In this document: one piece after another, positions 1 through 10,552 of the stretch | Numbering within the stretch: position 1 is the first letter of the stretch | Layout of the letters: the number at the start of each line of letters is the position of its first letter | Assembly (NCBI RefSeq): GCF_006345805.1 | Contig: NW_021825408.1 | Span: forward strand, 1-15,603 | Length of the DNA: 15,603 nucleotides | Origin: Octopus sinensis | Taxonomy: Eukaryota | Direction of reading: 5' to 3' | Position numbers and translations under genes: made by a program | Notes under the pieces: generated by a model | Told to the model about the DNA's origin: nothing | Database searches by the model: none | The model's input: only the letters and a program-made list of their open reading frames with translations

Positions 1-58
1 AAGAAGGAAGGAAGGAAAGAAAAAAGAAAGAAAGAAAGAAAGAAAGAAGGAAAGGGGA
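1..58. repeat. (GAAA/GGAA)n purine-rich simple repeat
   Basis: Direct reading: aagaaggaaggaaggaaagaaaaaagaaagaaagaaag... Confidence 0.85.
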
Positions 59-448
59 ATATAGAGTGGTTTTGTTACTTTGGATGTAGATAAAACAAAT
101 GAAGCGGGGAAATACATTGAAAGTGGCGTGGAGGTTTATATTGAGTGAGGGGAAAAGGATGGCCGAGGGGACATTTCAGTGGGTTAAAAGACTGGGGTAC
201 GAAGGGTGGGAAACTGGGATTGAAGAGGAAAAGAAGAAGAAGAAGGAAAACATAACATTGCCTCATACCAGGTAGAACGAAAATACGGTGATCAAATGAT
301 GAAGAAGGAAGGGGGAAAAGAAAAAGGTGTGGAAAATTGAAAAGGAGAGAAACGGGAGAGAAAGAAGCGATCGACGTTGAGAAAATGATTTAAAGATTTG
401 TAAGTAATAAGAGATTCAGAGCAGATTTTCTTTTTTTATTTATGAGAA

Positions 449-850
449 GGCGCAGGAGTGGCTGTGTGGTAAGTAGCTTGTTTACCAACCACATGGTTCC
501 GGGTTCAGTCCCACTGCGTGGCATCTTGGGCAAGTGTCTTCTACTATAGCCTCGGGCTGACCAATGCCTTGTGAGTGGATTTGGTAGACAGAAACTGAAA
601 GAAGCCCGTCGTATATATGTATATGTGTGTGTGCGTGTATGTTTGTGTTTGTCCCCATAGCATTGCTTGACAACCGATGCTGGTGTGTTTATGTCCCCGT
701 CACTTAGCGGTTCGGCAAAACAGACCGATAGAATAAGTACTGGGCTTACAAAGAATAAGTCCCGGGGTCGAGTTGCTCTCGACTAAAAGGCGGTGCTCCA
801 GCTTGGCCGCAGTCAAATGACTGAAAGAAGTAAAAGAGTAAAAGAGAGAG
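449..850 (+). mobile_element. tRNA-derived SINE, family 1, apparently full length
   Basis: Pol III A-box-like tggctgtgtgg (~459-469) and B-box-like ggttcagtcc (502-511). These are followed by a CORE-like cttgggcaagt motif, an internal TA/TG tract and a (taaaagag)n tail. A homologous antisense copy lies at 12917-13266. Confidence 0.85.
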
Positions 851-958
851 TAACGAGTTGGATTATTATGTGGGGGGGAGAGTGAAGGACAAGAAGATCT
901 GTTGAGAGCCGAACGATGGAGGGCAAAGCTAACGCTAAAGGAAATAGCAGGGAGTGAG

Positions 959-1034
959 GGCGGCGGCAGTGGTTGGTGGTGGCGGTGGCGGCGGCGGCGG
1001 CGGTGGTGGTGGTGGTGGCGGTGGTGGTGGTGGT
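959..1034. repeat. (GGC/GGT)n trinucleotide repeat
   Basis: Direct reading. Confidence 0.9.
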
Positions 1035-1163
1035 AAGTGAAGTTACTACTTATCTTGGAAGAAGGTTTTGTTGTTTTTCAGTTGTTATCAGTTCATTGGA
1101 AACGATTTGCAAACAATAATGGAATTAATGACCGGCAACGAAATGAGAACAGATGCCATTAAC

Positions 1164-1184
1164 GCGCACGAGCGCGCGCACGTG

Positions 1185-1215
<31 letters not shown>

Positions 1216-1335
1216 ATGTGTTTGTGTGTCATTGTGTATACCTGTGCGTGTGCGCGTATCTTGATATGTTTGTATTTAATCAAGGATCACACAGAAAGAT
1301 ATTCACGAACACACACACACATATGTATATATATG

Positions 1336-1382
<47 letters not shown>

Positions 1383-1493
1383 ATATATATATATATATAT
1401 GTACATATATATATATATCATATATATGTGTATGTATAAGTATATTTATGCGTGTTTGTGTGTGTGCGGGTATATATAATATATATACATACA

Positions 1494-1554
<61 letters not shown>

Positions 1555-1768
1555 ATATATATAATTATGTATATATATTCATACATATATATATATGTAT
1601 ATATATACATACACATACATACATACATTCATACATACATACATTCATACATACATACATACATACATACATACATACATACATACATACATACATACAT
1701 CATACATACATACATACATACATACATACATACATACATACATACATACATACATACATACATACATA
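1164..1768. repeat. Compound microsatellite (CG)/(TG)n-(TA)n-(CATA)n
   Basis: Direct reading. It generates the spurious YI/HT/CV ORFs in the track. Confidence 0.95.
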
Positions 1769-2011
1769 AATGCACTTTCATCCAGTTAATATCCAAATGT
1801 GACCGCGCAGATGAAAGTGCATAAGATATGTACTTTAAACACACCACTTGAGTATAGAGCATTACCTTTCGCGGGAAACATGGGAAAACAGAGATGGATG
1901 AGAGGAAAATGGCGGAAACTGCAGGAATTAATGTGTTGACAGAATTGAAGATGTCTTTGCAGTAATTGACTGCAATAAATCCAAATTATCTTTGCAACAC
2001 GACGCGTGAAT

Positions 2012-2445
2012 TTTATGTATGTGTGGATGCGTGTATGTCCGCCTGTATGTATGCGTACATACATACGTCTATGCATTCATGTGTATATGTGTGCGCGAGT
2101 GTATGCATCTATGTGTACACTTATGCATGTGTGTATATGTGTGTGTGTGAATGAATGCATGTGTGTATGAATGTTTGCATGAATGCTTTGCGAACGTATA
2201 TAGGAATACGTATATATTTGTTTGATGTATGTTAATATATATCTATTTATTATAAGTGTGTATTGATGCGTGCATACATGTGAGTGTGTGTGCATGAGTG
2301 AGCGTGTGTGTGCTCGTGCACATGTGTGTGTGTTTCTTATTTGAATGCACATATACGTGTTACCATTTTTGTTCACAATTGAAATTCTTCTCATTATACA
2401 TTATATAATATATATTATTTATATAATTAATATAATGTAATATAA
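2012..2445. repeat. Degenerate (TG)/(TGTA)/(TGCA) low-complexity tract ending in an AT-rich stretch
   Basis: Direct reading. Confidence 0.75.
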
Positions 2446-2451
2446 TCGTAA

Positions 2452-2906
2452 ATCAACCATGCTCTCCATCTGTTTAACTCTTTCCCCTTTCCTTCTGGTT
2501 TCTCCCAACTTCTGTTCACTCTCCATATCAAAAGTATGTATACGGTGATTCCACACAACAAAGGACTTCTTGCGCTTAAACACTTTCTGGCCCTCAACCT
2601 GACGCCTCCCCAATTCTTTCTCTGGCCGACTTGTCCTCTCCCTCAACAGCTTCTAGTTCGCAGAAGAGTGGCCATGGGAACGAAAATGGGCCCCAACTCT
2701 GCGAACTTTTTCATTGGCTATGTTCAGGCCCAAATATTCTCACAACTCACTGGTCCCACTTTCGAACTATACAGTCGTTACCTCGATGACTGTATCGGCG
2801 GGACCTCACTCACCCGCAAACAACTGGACATCTTCTCCTTTATCTAATGCTCCCATCCTGCCTTCGAATTCTCCTGCACTATCTCTGACTCTTTCGCCGA
2901 ATTTCT

Positions 2907-2913
<7 letters not shown>
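2452..2913 (+). pseudogene. Decayed Penelope-like element (PLE) reverse transcriptase fragment
   Basis: Manual translation gives LFTLHIKSMYTVIPHNKGLLALKHFL, then LA(E)LVLSLNSF after a frameshift, then VAMGTKMGPNSANFFIG, LYSRYLDD and HPAFEFSCTISDSFAEFLGI. These match the PLE RT motifs DVxSLYTxIP, GxAMGTxMGPxYANLF, RYIDD and HPxxxFT...FLD. Stops and deletions are present. Confidence 0.85.

Positions 2914-2947
<34 letters not shown>
2911..2947. repeat. (TA)n microsatellite
   Basis: Direct reading. It abuts the end of the PLE fragment. Confidence 0.95.
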
Positions 2948-2951
<4 letters not shown>

Positions 2952-3302
2952 TCTTAGGAATCTCAGACATCAATGTTTCAAGCTCGTTGGCTATTTTCGA
3001 TGGGATATACCTGAGAGAGGCGACTCTAAACGGACTCTAATAAATGAACGGACACTGAACGGACTGGGTGTTTTTACACCGGTTTACCATGAGAGAGAGA
3101 TTTTTATTTCCGCGGTAACTGAAGTGTTTTTGCTTTTAGCAGTTGAAACATATTTCAACTTACCTAATTCTGCTCGTCGGGGATGGGGTGCGCGCGTGCG
3201 TGCGTGTGTGTCAGTGTGTGTGTATGTGTAGGATGGCAGTCATACATGATATGCTCAGTAATCTTAAAATATTCAGTCTCACTGTGTTTAAATCATAGAA
3301 AA

Positions 3303-3686
3303 TGTGGAGGCGCAATGGCCCAGTGGTTAGGGCAGCGGACTCGCGGTCATAGGATCGCGGTTTCGATTCCCAGACTGGGCGTTGTGAGTGTTTATTGAGC
3401 GAAAACACCTAAAGCTCCACGAGGCTCCGGCAGGGATGGTGGTGATCCCTGCTTCAGTCTTTCACCACAACTTTCTCTCACTCTTTCTTCCTGTTTCTGT
3501 TGTACCTGTATTTCAAAGGGCCGGCCTTGTCACTCTCTGTGTCACGCTGAATATCCCCGAGAACTACGTTAAGGGTACACGTGTCTGTGGAGTGCTCAGT
3601 CACTTACACGTTAATTTCACGAGCAAGCTGTTCCGTTGATTCAGATCAACCGGAACCCTCGTCGTCGTAACCGACGGAGTGCTTCC
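3303..3686 (+). mobile_element. tRNA-derived SINE, family 2, full length with 13-bp target-site duplication
   Basis: A box tggcccagtgg (3316-3326) and B box ggtttcgattcc (3359-3370). Internal 8-bp stem gcagggat/atccctgc (3430-3452). Identical flanking direct repeats aaatcatagaaaa at 3290-3302 and 3687-3699. Confidence 0.92.
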
Positions 3687-4688
3687 AAATCATAGAAAAC
3701 TTCTGGAATATTAAATGAAAATCAAACCATTTAGTTTTTTTTTTTCACATTTTCACCAGAGTTCAGTGACCTTCCCATAGAAGCCGCTGAAGTTGAGATG
3801 TATCGATCTCCTTATAGAAAGACTAAATGAATGTGTGACACAAAAGACAGAAAATACATAAGTTTCAAGATTAAAATCTGAGTATTAATAATTCCACATG
3901 GCTGTAAATTGGCATTGTATATTGCCGCGGTTGTGTAATTTAGTCGATCTCACCATAATTCTGAATGCAGTCTTGCTGTAGTTGTGAATAACAACTTCAC
4001 CTGGATATTTTAATTCTCGCTTTCAGTTTGGTATACAATGAAGTGAAGACGGTTGCTGGCATATTTAGCAAAATAGATTGACACTTCGATTTGAAATTGC
4101 ATATCTGATAAATAATAGAAACTGCATTTTATGGGTAGTAAATACATTTATATCGTCTGCACTTTTGAGGTGCATTAGATGTGAATAAAAGCTAAACTCT
4201 GTTGCTGTACGTAAAAATGCCATGAAAAGGTGAATAGAGAAAGGATAGTTAAAGAAATATCAAACAAAACAATAAAACCTACGTCTGAAACTTATTTGAA
4301 TAGCGAGTACATCATGGGGGTTATTAGCATATTTATACATTTGTGAAAGTTTTAATGTGGAACCAGAATTAGATTTAATAAACAGTAACTTATTAAAAGG
4401 AATAAATGTTACTCAATGGAGTAGGCATTCAGGAATTGTATATTCCAAGAAGAAAGACCGGAAGGAGACTGTTCAGTACGGCAGAACAATGAAGGCCGAC
4501 TATTGTCAGAGGAAAATCAACTTCAAATCATTATGAGATGGAATGAAAAGAATTCGAGCAAAACAAATTGACTTACATTTCTCAAAGATTTGCTTAAAAT
4601 AGACATAAAAATTGTAAGATTTAGGAGAATGATAACTATAGAAAAAAAAGTCACTGATAAATATTTTCTGAAGATAAATGTTCTGAAT

Positions 4689-4691
<3 letters not shown>

Positions 4692-4738
<47 letters not shown>

Positions 4739-4945
4739 TATGTGTGTGTGTGTGTTTGTATGTATGTGTGTGTATGTGTGTGTATGTGTGTATGTGTGTG
4801 TGTGTGTGTTTGTATGTGTGTGTATGTGTGTGTATGTGTGTGTGTATGTGTGTGTGTGTGTGTGTTTGTATGTATGTGTGTGTATGTGTGTGTGTATGTG
4901 TGTGTGTGTGTGTTTGTATGTATGTGTGTGTATGTGTGTGTATGT

Positions 4946-4985
<40 letters not shown>

Positions 4986-5010
4986 GTGTGTATGTGTGTG
5001 TATGTGTGTA

Positions 5011-5042
<32 letters not shown>
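4692..5042. repeat. Compound (TG)n/(TGTA)n microsatellite
   Basis: Direct reading. Confidence 0.95.
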
Positions 5043-5043
<1 letters not shown>

Positions 5044-5433
5044 CCATTTCTCGTTACACGTCTGAATAAAGACAATTAACTTAAAAATAGAGCAACAACA
5101 GCAAGAACTCTTTTGACACAGAAATAGTCCGCGGCAAGAAATAGTTCCCGACATGCTGCAAGAAATATCCACGTATTTTTGTCGTGGAGCCATTAATTAT
5201 TGCCCCAGCATGACCGTAGTCCTTATTACTGAATCCATTAAAAGAATACAAAGATACTGATAAGTAAAGTAAATCTTTCTAGATCGATCAGTTTGAGATC
5301 AACTCTAACATCGAAATTTACCTGGAGCGAAACCCGAGTTAACTCTTTCAATATAAGTCTCTTCCCCCTTTCATTGAGCGCGTGAGGTGAGAGGGAGCAT
5401 CTTTGAAGCAGTTCTGAACACATGAATACATAG

Positions 5434-5655
5434 AATAACAATAATAATTTTGGCACAAGACCAGTAAAATTTTGGGGGAAGGGAGCAGATCGTTTACATC
5501 TGTCCCGGCGCTCAATTGGTACTTATTTCATCGACCCCGAAAGGATTAAAGGCAAAATCGACCTCGGCGGAACTTGAACTGAGAACGTAAAGACGGATGA
5601 AACGCTGCTAACCATTTTGTCCGGCGTAGTAACGATTCTACCAGCTTGCCGTCCT
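5434..5655 (-). mobile_element. tRNA-derived SINE, family 3, antisense, with (ATT)n tail
   Basis: The reverse complement starts aggacggcaagctggtagaatcg. It has a B-box-like agttcaagttcc (5569-5580) and a core gcctttaatcctttcggggtcgatgaaataagtacc that resembles the MetaSINE-type core as I recall it (needs checking). Homologues at 10412-10552 and 15573-15603. Confidence 0.8.
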
Positions 5656-5896
5656 AACAACAACAACAACAACAATAATGACAATAATAATGATAATAAT
5701 AATAATGATAATAATAATAATAATATAATAATAATAATAATGATGATAATTATAATAATAATGATGATGATGATGATGATGATGATGATAATAATAATCA
5801 TGACAATGATGATGATGATAATAATAATAATAATAATATAATAATAATAATATAATAATAATAATAGTAATAATAATAATAATGATAATAATAATG

Positions 5897-5929
<33 letters not shown>

Positions 5930-6120
5930 TAATAATAATGATAATATAATAATAATAATAGTAATAATAATAATAATAGTAATAATAATAATAATAATAA
6001 TAATGATAATAATAATAATAATAATAATGATAATAATAATAATAATAATAATAAGATAATAATAATAATATAATAATGATAATAATAATAATAATAATAA
6101 TGATAATAATAATAATAATA

Positions 6121-6159
<39 letters not shown>

Positions 6160-6177
6160 TAATAATAATAATAATAA
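5656..6177. repeat. (AAT)n microsatellite with (AAC), (GAT) and (AGT) variant units; 5' flank of the R4/Dong element
   Basis: Direct reading. Confidence 0.97.
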
Positions 6178-9100
6178 CACCGGGGGACTTTTAAGATGTA
6201 AGAAGGAAAATTCAGAGCTCCGAAACCTATCCACAAACATCGAAAACAAGGACATCCTATGGAGCCAAAGTTTTACTAACAAAGAATTGGACTGTATCCG
6301 AGTAAGTAATACAAATTGAAATTTATTGCTATTTTCGAAACGAAATGATGTATTTTGACGCGATATCATCTCCACCTCTAATGCAACACATGTAAACATG
6401 CGTGAAACATCACGATCATCTCCGACCCCAAACACCATATACAAAGGAACTACGAAAAAATTAAATGCCACCGATACTATTCAACCCAAGAATAACAATC
6501 GAGCGGTACGTACATTAAACCTACAACAAAAATGTACGAAAAACTACACGTGCGAATAATGTGACAAATAATAAACGGACCGGTACCCTACTACGAAATG
6601 ACGACCGTCAAAATAATGGGCCGGACGTTGTACCTCATGTCCCGCAAATAAAACCCAAAAGACGTAAATGGACACGTGAGGAATACATTTCTATCTTACA
6701 CGCATACTTCACAGCAGTACTCTACCCAAAAAATGAAAATACAACAAAACATACATATAAAATATGGAAGGAAAATAATAGAGATTTAGACTTGGATACA
6801 GCAATGAACCCTAATAAATTAGCTAACGTACGAAGATACATTCTCAACACAAAAAAATATCAGAAATAGAAATAGAACACCTAAAGAAAACATACACCAG
6901 GAAAATGTAGAGAAGCCACACAACAATGCCCAATAATATAAACACTGAAACTGTAAAACACGAAGACAACGCAACATTCCCAACAAACACGATGTAAACA
7001 ACGAAGGGGAGCCTAATGATTATGATAATATAAAAATATAAATAATCAAAGAACTGAAAACCACAGAGCTCAAAATGGACCACCGACCATACCTCCCAAG
7101 AATAAAAATAAACGCAATAACAACACCCAATTATAAACAACATAAACCTAGCCGTCACTGAACTAGCCACTGAAACAAAAAAAAGTGATATCACTGAACT
7201 AAATGACTTGATATACGCAGCAGCCACTGCAGCCACAAAAGAAGCTGGATACTCACCCAAACCCGCCCAAACAGGAGTACCACCACCCAAACAAACCCTG
7301 TGGATAGATAACATCCAAAACAAAATTAAAAAAATTAGAAAAGACCTGTCGATTCTTAATGAAATCAGCAAACAAGCAACGCTACTGAGCAACAAAAAGA
7401 GAACAAAAATGCTCCGCAAATATAACACCACAGAAAAAGATTTGCCGGAATAAAAGAAAAGCTGAAGCAAGATATCCTTGCCAAAGCTCAAAGGATCCGC
7501 CGGTACGAGAAACGCCAACGCTTCTTTGAACAGAACAAAAAGTTCAACTCCGACCCCAAAAAGTTCTACCAAGAACTGGGCAAAAATAAAATAGAAGTCA
7601 CTGCAGCACCAACGGCAGAAGAATTGGAAGAATTCTGGGGAGAATATGGTCGGCGAACGAACCACCAAAAAAAGGAGTATCAAAATAACAAACTCGGCAG
7701 CTGAACAAACTTGGACCCCCATAACAACTGAAGAGGTCACCTAGGCACTGCAAAGACTAAGCAACTGGAAGGCACCTGGGCATGACAAGATCCCCAACTT
7801 CTGGTTGAAATATCTAACAGGAATGCACAAAAAGCTGGCTGAAAACTTTAACAACGTACTAGCAGAGCCAGAGACAATGCCTGAATGGCTCACGAAGGGG
7901 AAAACCATCTTAATTCCCAAATCAAATGAAACAGAAAAACCAGAACACTACAGACCAATAACCTGCCTCCCTACTATGTTCAAGGCATTTACTGCAGTGA
8001 TATCACAAAGGCTGAACAAGCACCTGGACGAAAACAACTGTTCCCAGAAGAGCAGAAAGGATGCCGCAAAGGCTCATATGGCTGTAAAGATCAACTAATG
8101 ATTAATAAAGCCATAACTGAAGACAGCCACAGAAAGAAGAAAGGCCTCAGTATGGCCTGGATTGACTACAAAAAGGCGTTTGATAGCATCCCCCACACAT
8201 GGATCCTCGAAACACTAGCTAGCCATTAACAAAGTAGCACCAACAATCATAAAATTCATAGAGCACTCTATGAATAAATGGCAAACAGTCCTACACCTCC
8301 AAACAAAAGAGGGACTCATGAAAACCAAAGACATCCCCATTAAAAGAGGAATATTCCAGGGAGATACGCTCTCTCCACTCCTTTTCTGCTTGGCACTGTC
8401 ACCTCTATCTGATATGCTAAATAGAACTGGATGCAGATATAAATGTTACGGCAAAACGATCAGCCACCTTTTATATATGGATGACCTAAAACTATACGCT
8501 GCAAATGACAAACAGCTGGAAACACTATTAAAGACAGTTTACCAAAGAAATAGATATGAAATTTGGATTAGAAAAATGCGCCAAAGTAACCATGAAAAGA
8601 GGAAAACTAGTTAAGAGTAACAACATCACACTAGATGAAGCAAATGAAATAAAAGAATTAGACCAAAGCCAAACTTACAAATACTTAGGAATCCATGAAC
8701 TAGATAAGACACAACACACACAATGAAAGAGAATAAAAAAAGAATATTATAGACGAGTTAGATCAATACTAAACACAGAGCTCAATGCTAAAAACAAGAT
8801 AATAGGTATCAACACTTTAGCTGTCCCAGTTATAAGTTACAGCTACAATATCCTTAACTGGACACGAAATGAACTGACCAAATAGACAGGAAAACAAGAA
8901 AAATAATGACAGGATCTAGGATGCATCACCCCAAATCTGACATAGAAAGACTATATATACAACGTATAGAAGGTGGTAGAGGCCTTATACAGCTGGAAAA
9001 CTACTATAAAATAACCACCATAGGACTGCAAAAATTCTACTTCAGAAGGAAGGAAAACTGATCCAGATAGCGGCAAAACACGAGCAAAACAAAAAACTGT

Positions 9101-10123
9101 TCTCAGTATTTAAGGAAGCTGACAAATACAAACAAGAAATCATACCACCTAATAAACATGAAGAAGAAGAAGAAGAAGATGAAGAAACAACAAAAGCTAT
9201 AAAAAAAATGAAATCCAAACTAAAAATAGAACAGCAACGAACCATGATAAAACGATGGCAAGAAAAGCCCCTTCATGGTAAATACTGGACTAAACTAAAC
9301 GCAAAAGAAATAGACAAAGAAAAATCCCAGCAATGGTTGAGAAGCTCAGGACTCAAAGCAGAAACAGAGGGATTTTTAATTGCAGCACAAGACAAAGCCT
9401 CCCCACCAGAAATTACCAAAAACATGTAATGAAAAGAAATATTACAAGTAACTGCAGAATATGTGGAGATGGACAAGAAACAAATAAATCATATTATCTC
9501 TAGCTGCCCAGTCCTGGCTAAGAAGGAATATATTCACAGACACGACAGAGTTGGAACCTTACATACATTGGAAGCTATGCCAACATTATGGAATAACAAC
9601 AGAAAAAAGATGGTATAGGCACACACCAGAAAAGGTCACAAAAACGAGAAAGCACCATACTCTGGGATATGCCGATACACACAGATAGAGAAATTAAGGC
9701 CAACAGACCAGATATAGTTGTCAGAGACCATGAAGAAAAAAAAATGCTTTCTAATTGATGTATCAGTACCGGCAGATGACAACGTGTCTCTAAAAGAAAT
9801 GGAGAAACTCTCAAAATACAAAGACCTGGAAATAGAGGTAACTAGAATGTGGAATCTGAAAACAGAAACAATTCCTATCATAGTAGGTGCATTAGGCATG
9901 ATAAAAAAATATTCAGACAAATACCAACAAAAACACCAGGACTTACAAACACATATAACATACAGAAAATTGCACTACTAGGCACTGCACACATCCTACG
10001 CAGAACACTTTCCATACAATAACCATCAGAGCATCACAACAAATCACAGCACATACCCAAGGCACCAGAGCTGCGCTCGGTAGTGAAGTGAAAGCACGCT
10101 ATAAAAATAAAAAAAAACTACTG
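6178..10123 (+). mobile_element. Near full-length R4/Dong-clade non-LTR retrotransposon (RLE-type LINE), lineage A, copy A1
   Basis: About 3.95 kb, flanked on both sides by (AAT)n. One degenerate ORF runs from the N-terminal domain through RT and CCHC to the RLE. A ~100-bp 3' UTR ends in ...aaactactg followed by (AAT)n. The 5' boundary is taken as the first non-repeat base and is approximate. Confidence 0.95.
6561..10022 (+). pseudogene. R4/Dong polyprotein ORF (N-terminal domain, reverse transcriptase, CCHC zinc knuckle, PD-(D/E)xK restriction-like endonuclease), frameshifted
   Basis: Motifs in order: KRRKWTREE (6657-), LKQDILAKAQRIRRY...QNKKF...KKFY, NWKAPGHDKIPNFWLK, YRPITCL, EEQKGC, AWIDYKKAFDSIPH, RGIFQGDTLSP (QGDTLSP 8357-8377), HLLYMDD (YMDD 8474-8485), MKFGLEKC, YKYLG, RLY...GGRGL, WQEKPLHG, CRIC...H...C (9453-9507), RHD, RPDIV (9705-), IDVSVP (D at 9757), KY (9813-9818), IPIIVGALG, QKIALLGTAHILR. 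Stop at 10020-10022. About 15 frameshifts and an in-frame TAG at 7742-7744. The true start may lie upstream of 6561. Confidence 0.93.
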
Positions 10124-10349
10124 AATAATAATAATAATAGTAATAATAATAATAATAGTAATAATAATAATAATATAATAATAATAATAATAATGATAAT
10201 AATAATAATAATAATGATAATAATAATAATAATGATAATGATAATATAATAATAAAATAATAATAATAATATAATAATAATATATAATAATATAATAAAA
10301 TAATAATAATAATAATGATAATAATAATAATAATAATAATGATAATAAC

Positions 10350-10398
<49 letters not shown>

Positions 10399-10411
10399 TA
10401 TATAATAATAA
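10124..10411. repeat. (AAT)n microsatellite, serving as the tail of Dong A1 and of the antisense SINE
   Basis: Direct reading. Confidence 0.97.
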
Positions 10412-10552
10412 TCTTTTCTACTATAGGCACATCCTGAAATTTGGATGGAGGAGAGTAGTCAATTACACCGATCCCAGTGTTTCACTGATACTTAGTTTAT
10501 CGACCCCAAAAGGATGAAAGGCAAAATCAACCTCGACAGAATTTGAACTCAA
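10412..10552 (-). mobile_element. 5'-truncated family-3 SINE
   Basis: atcgaccccaaaaggatgaaaggcaaaatcaacctcgacagaatttgaactc aligns with 5530-5581. The copy is truncated just past the B box. Confidence 0.8.

Noticed and set aside
449-520. tRNA-like sequences (also 3303-3380)
   Set aside because: They are SINE heads: A and B boxes without a complete cloverleaf, continuing into SINE bodies.
1068-1862. ORFs rich in YI/HT/CV repeats (also at 4506-5193, 5523-6471, 10044-10430, 14635-15234)
   Set aside because: They are translations of dinucleotide, trinucleotide and tetranucleotide microsatellites that simply lack stop codons.
4290-4690. Two stop-poor reading frames of ~70 codons in unique DNA
   Set aside because: There is no recognisable domain, no convincing start or splice signals, and the length is within chance expectation.
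6844-7740. 298-aa antisense ORF inside the Dong element
   Set aside because: It is the shadow of an A-rich sense ORF (an F/L/V/S-rich product with no recognisable motif). There is no evidence of function.
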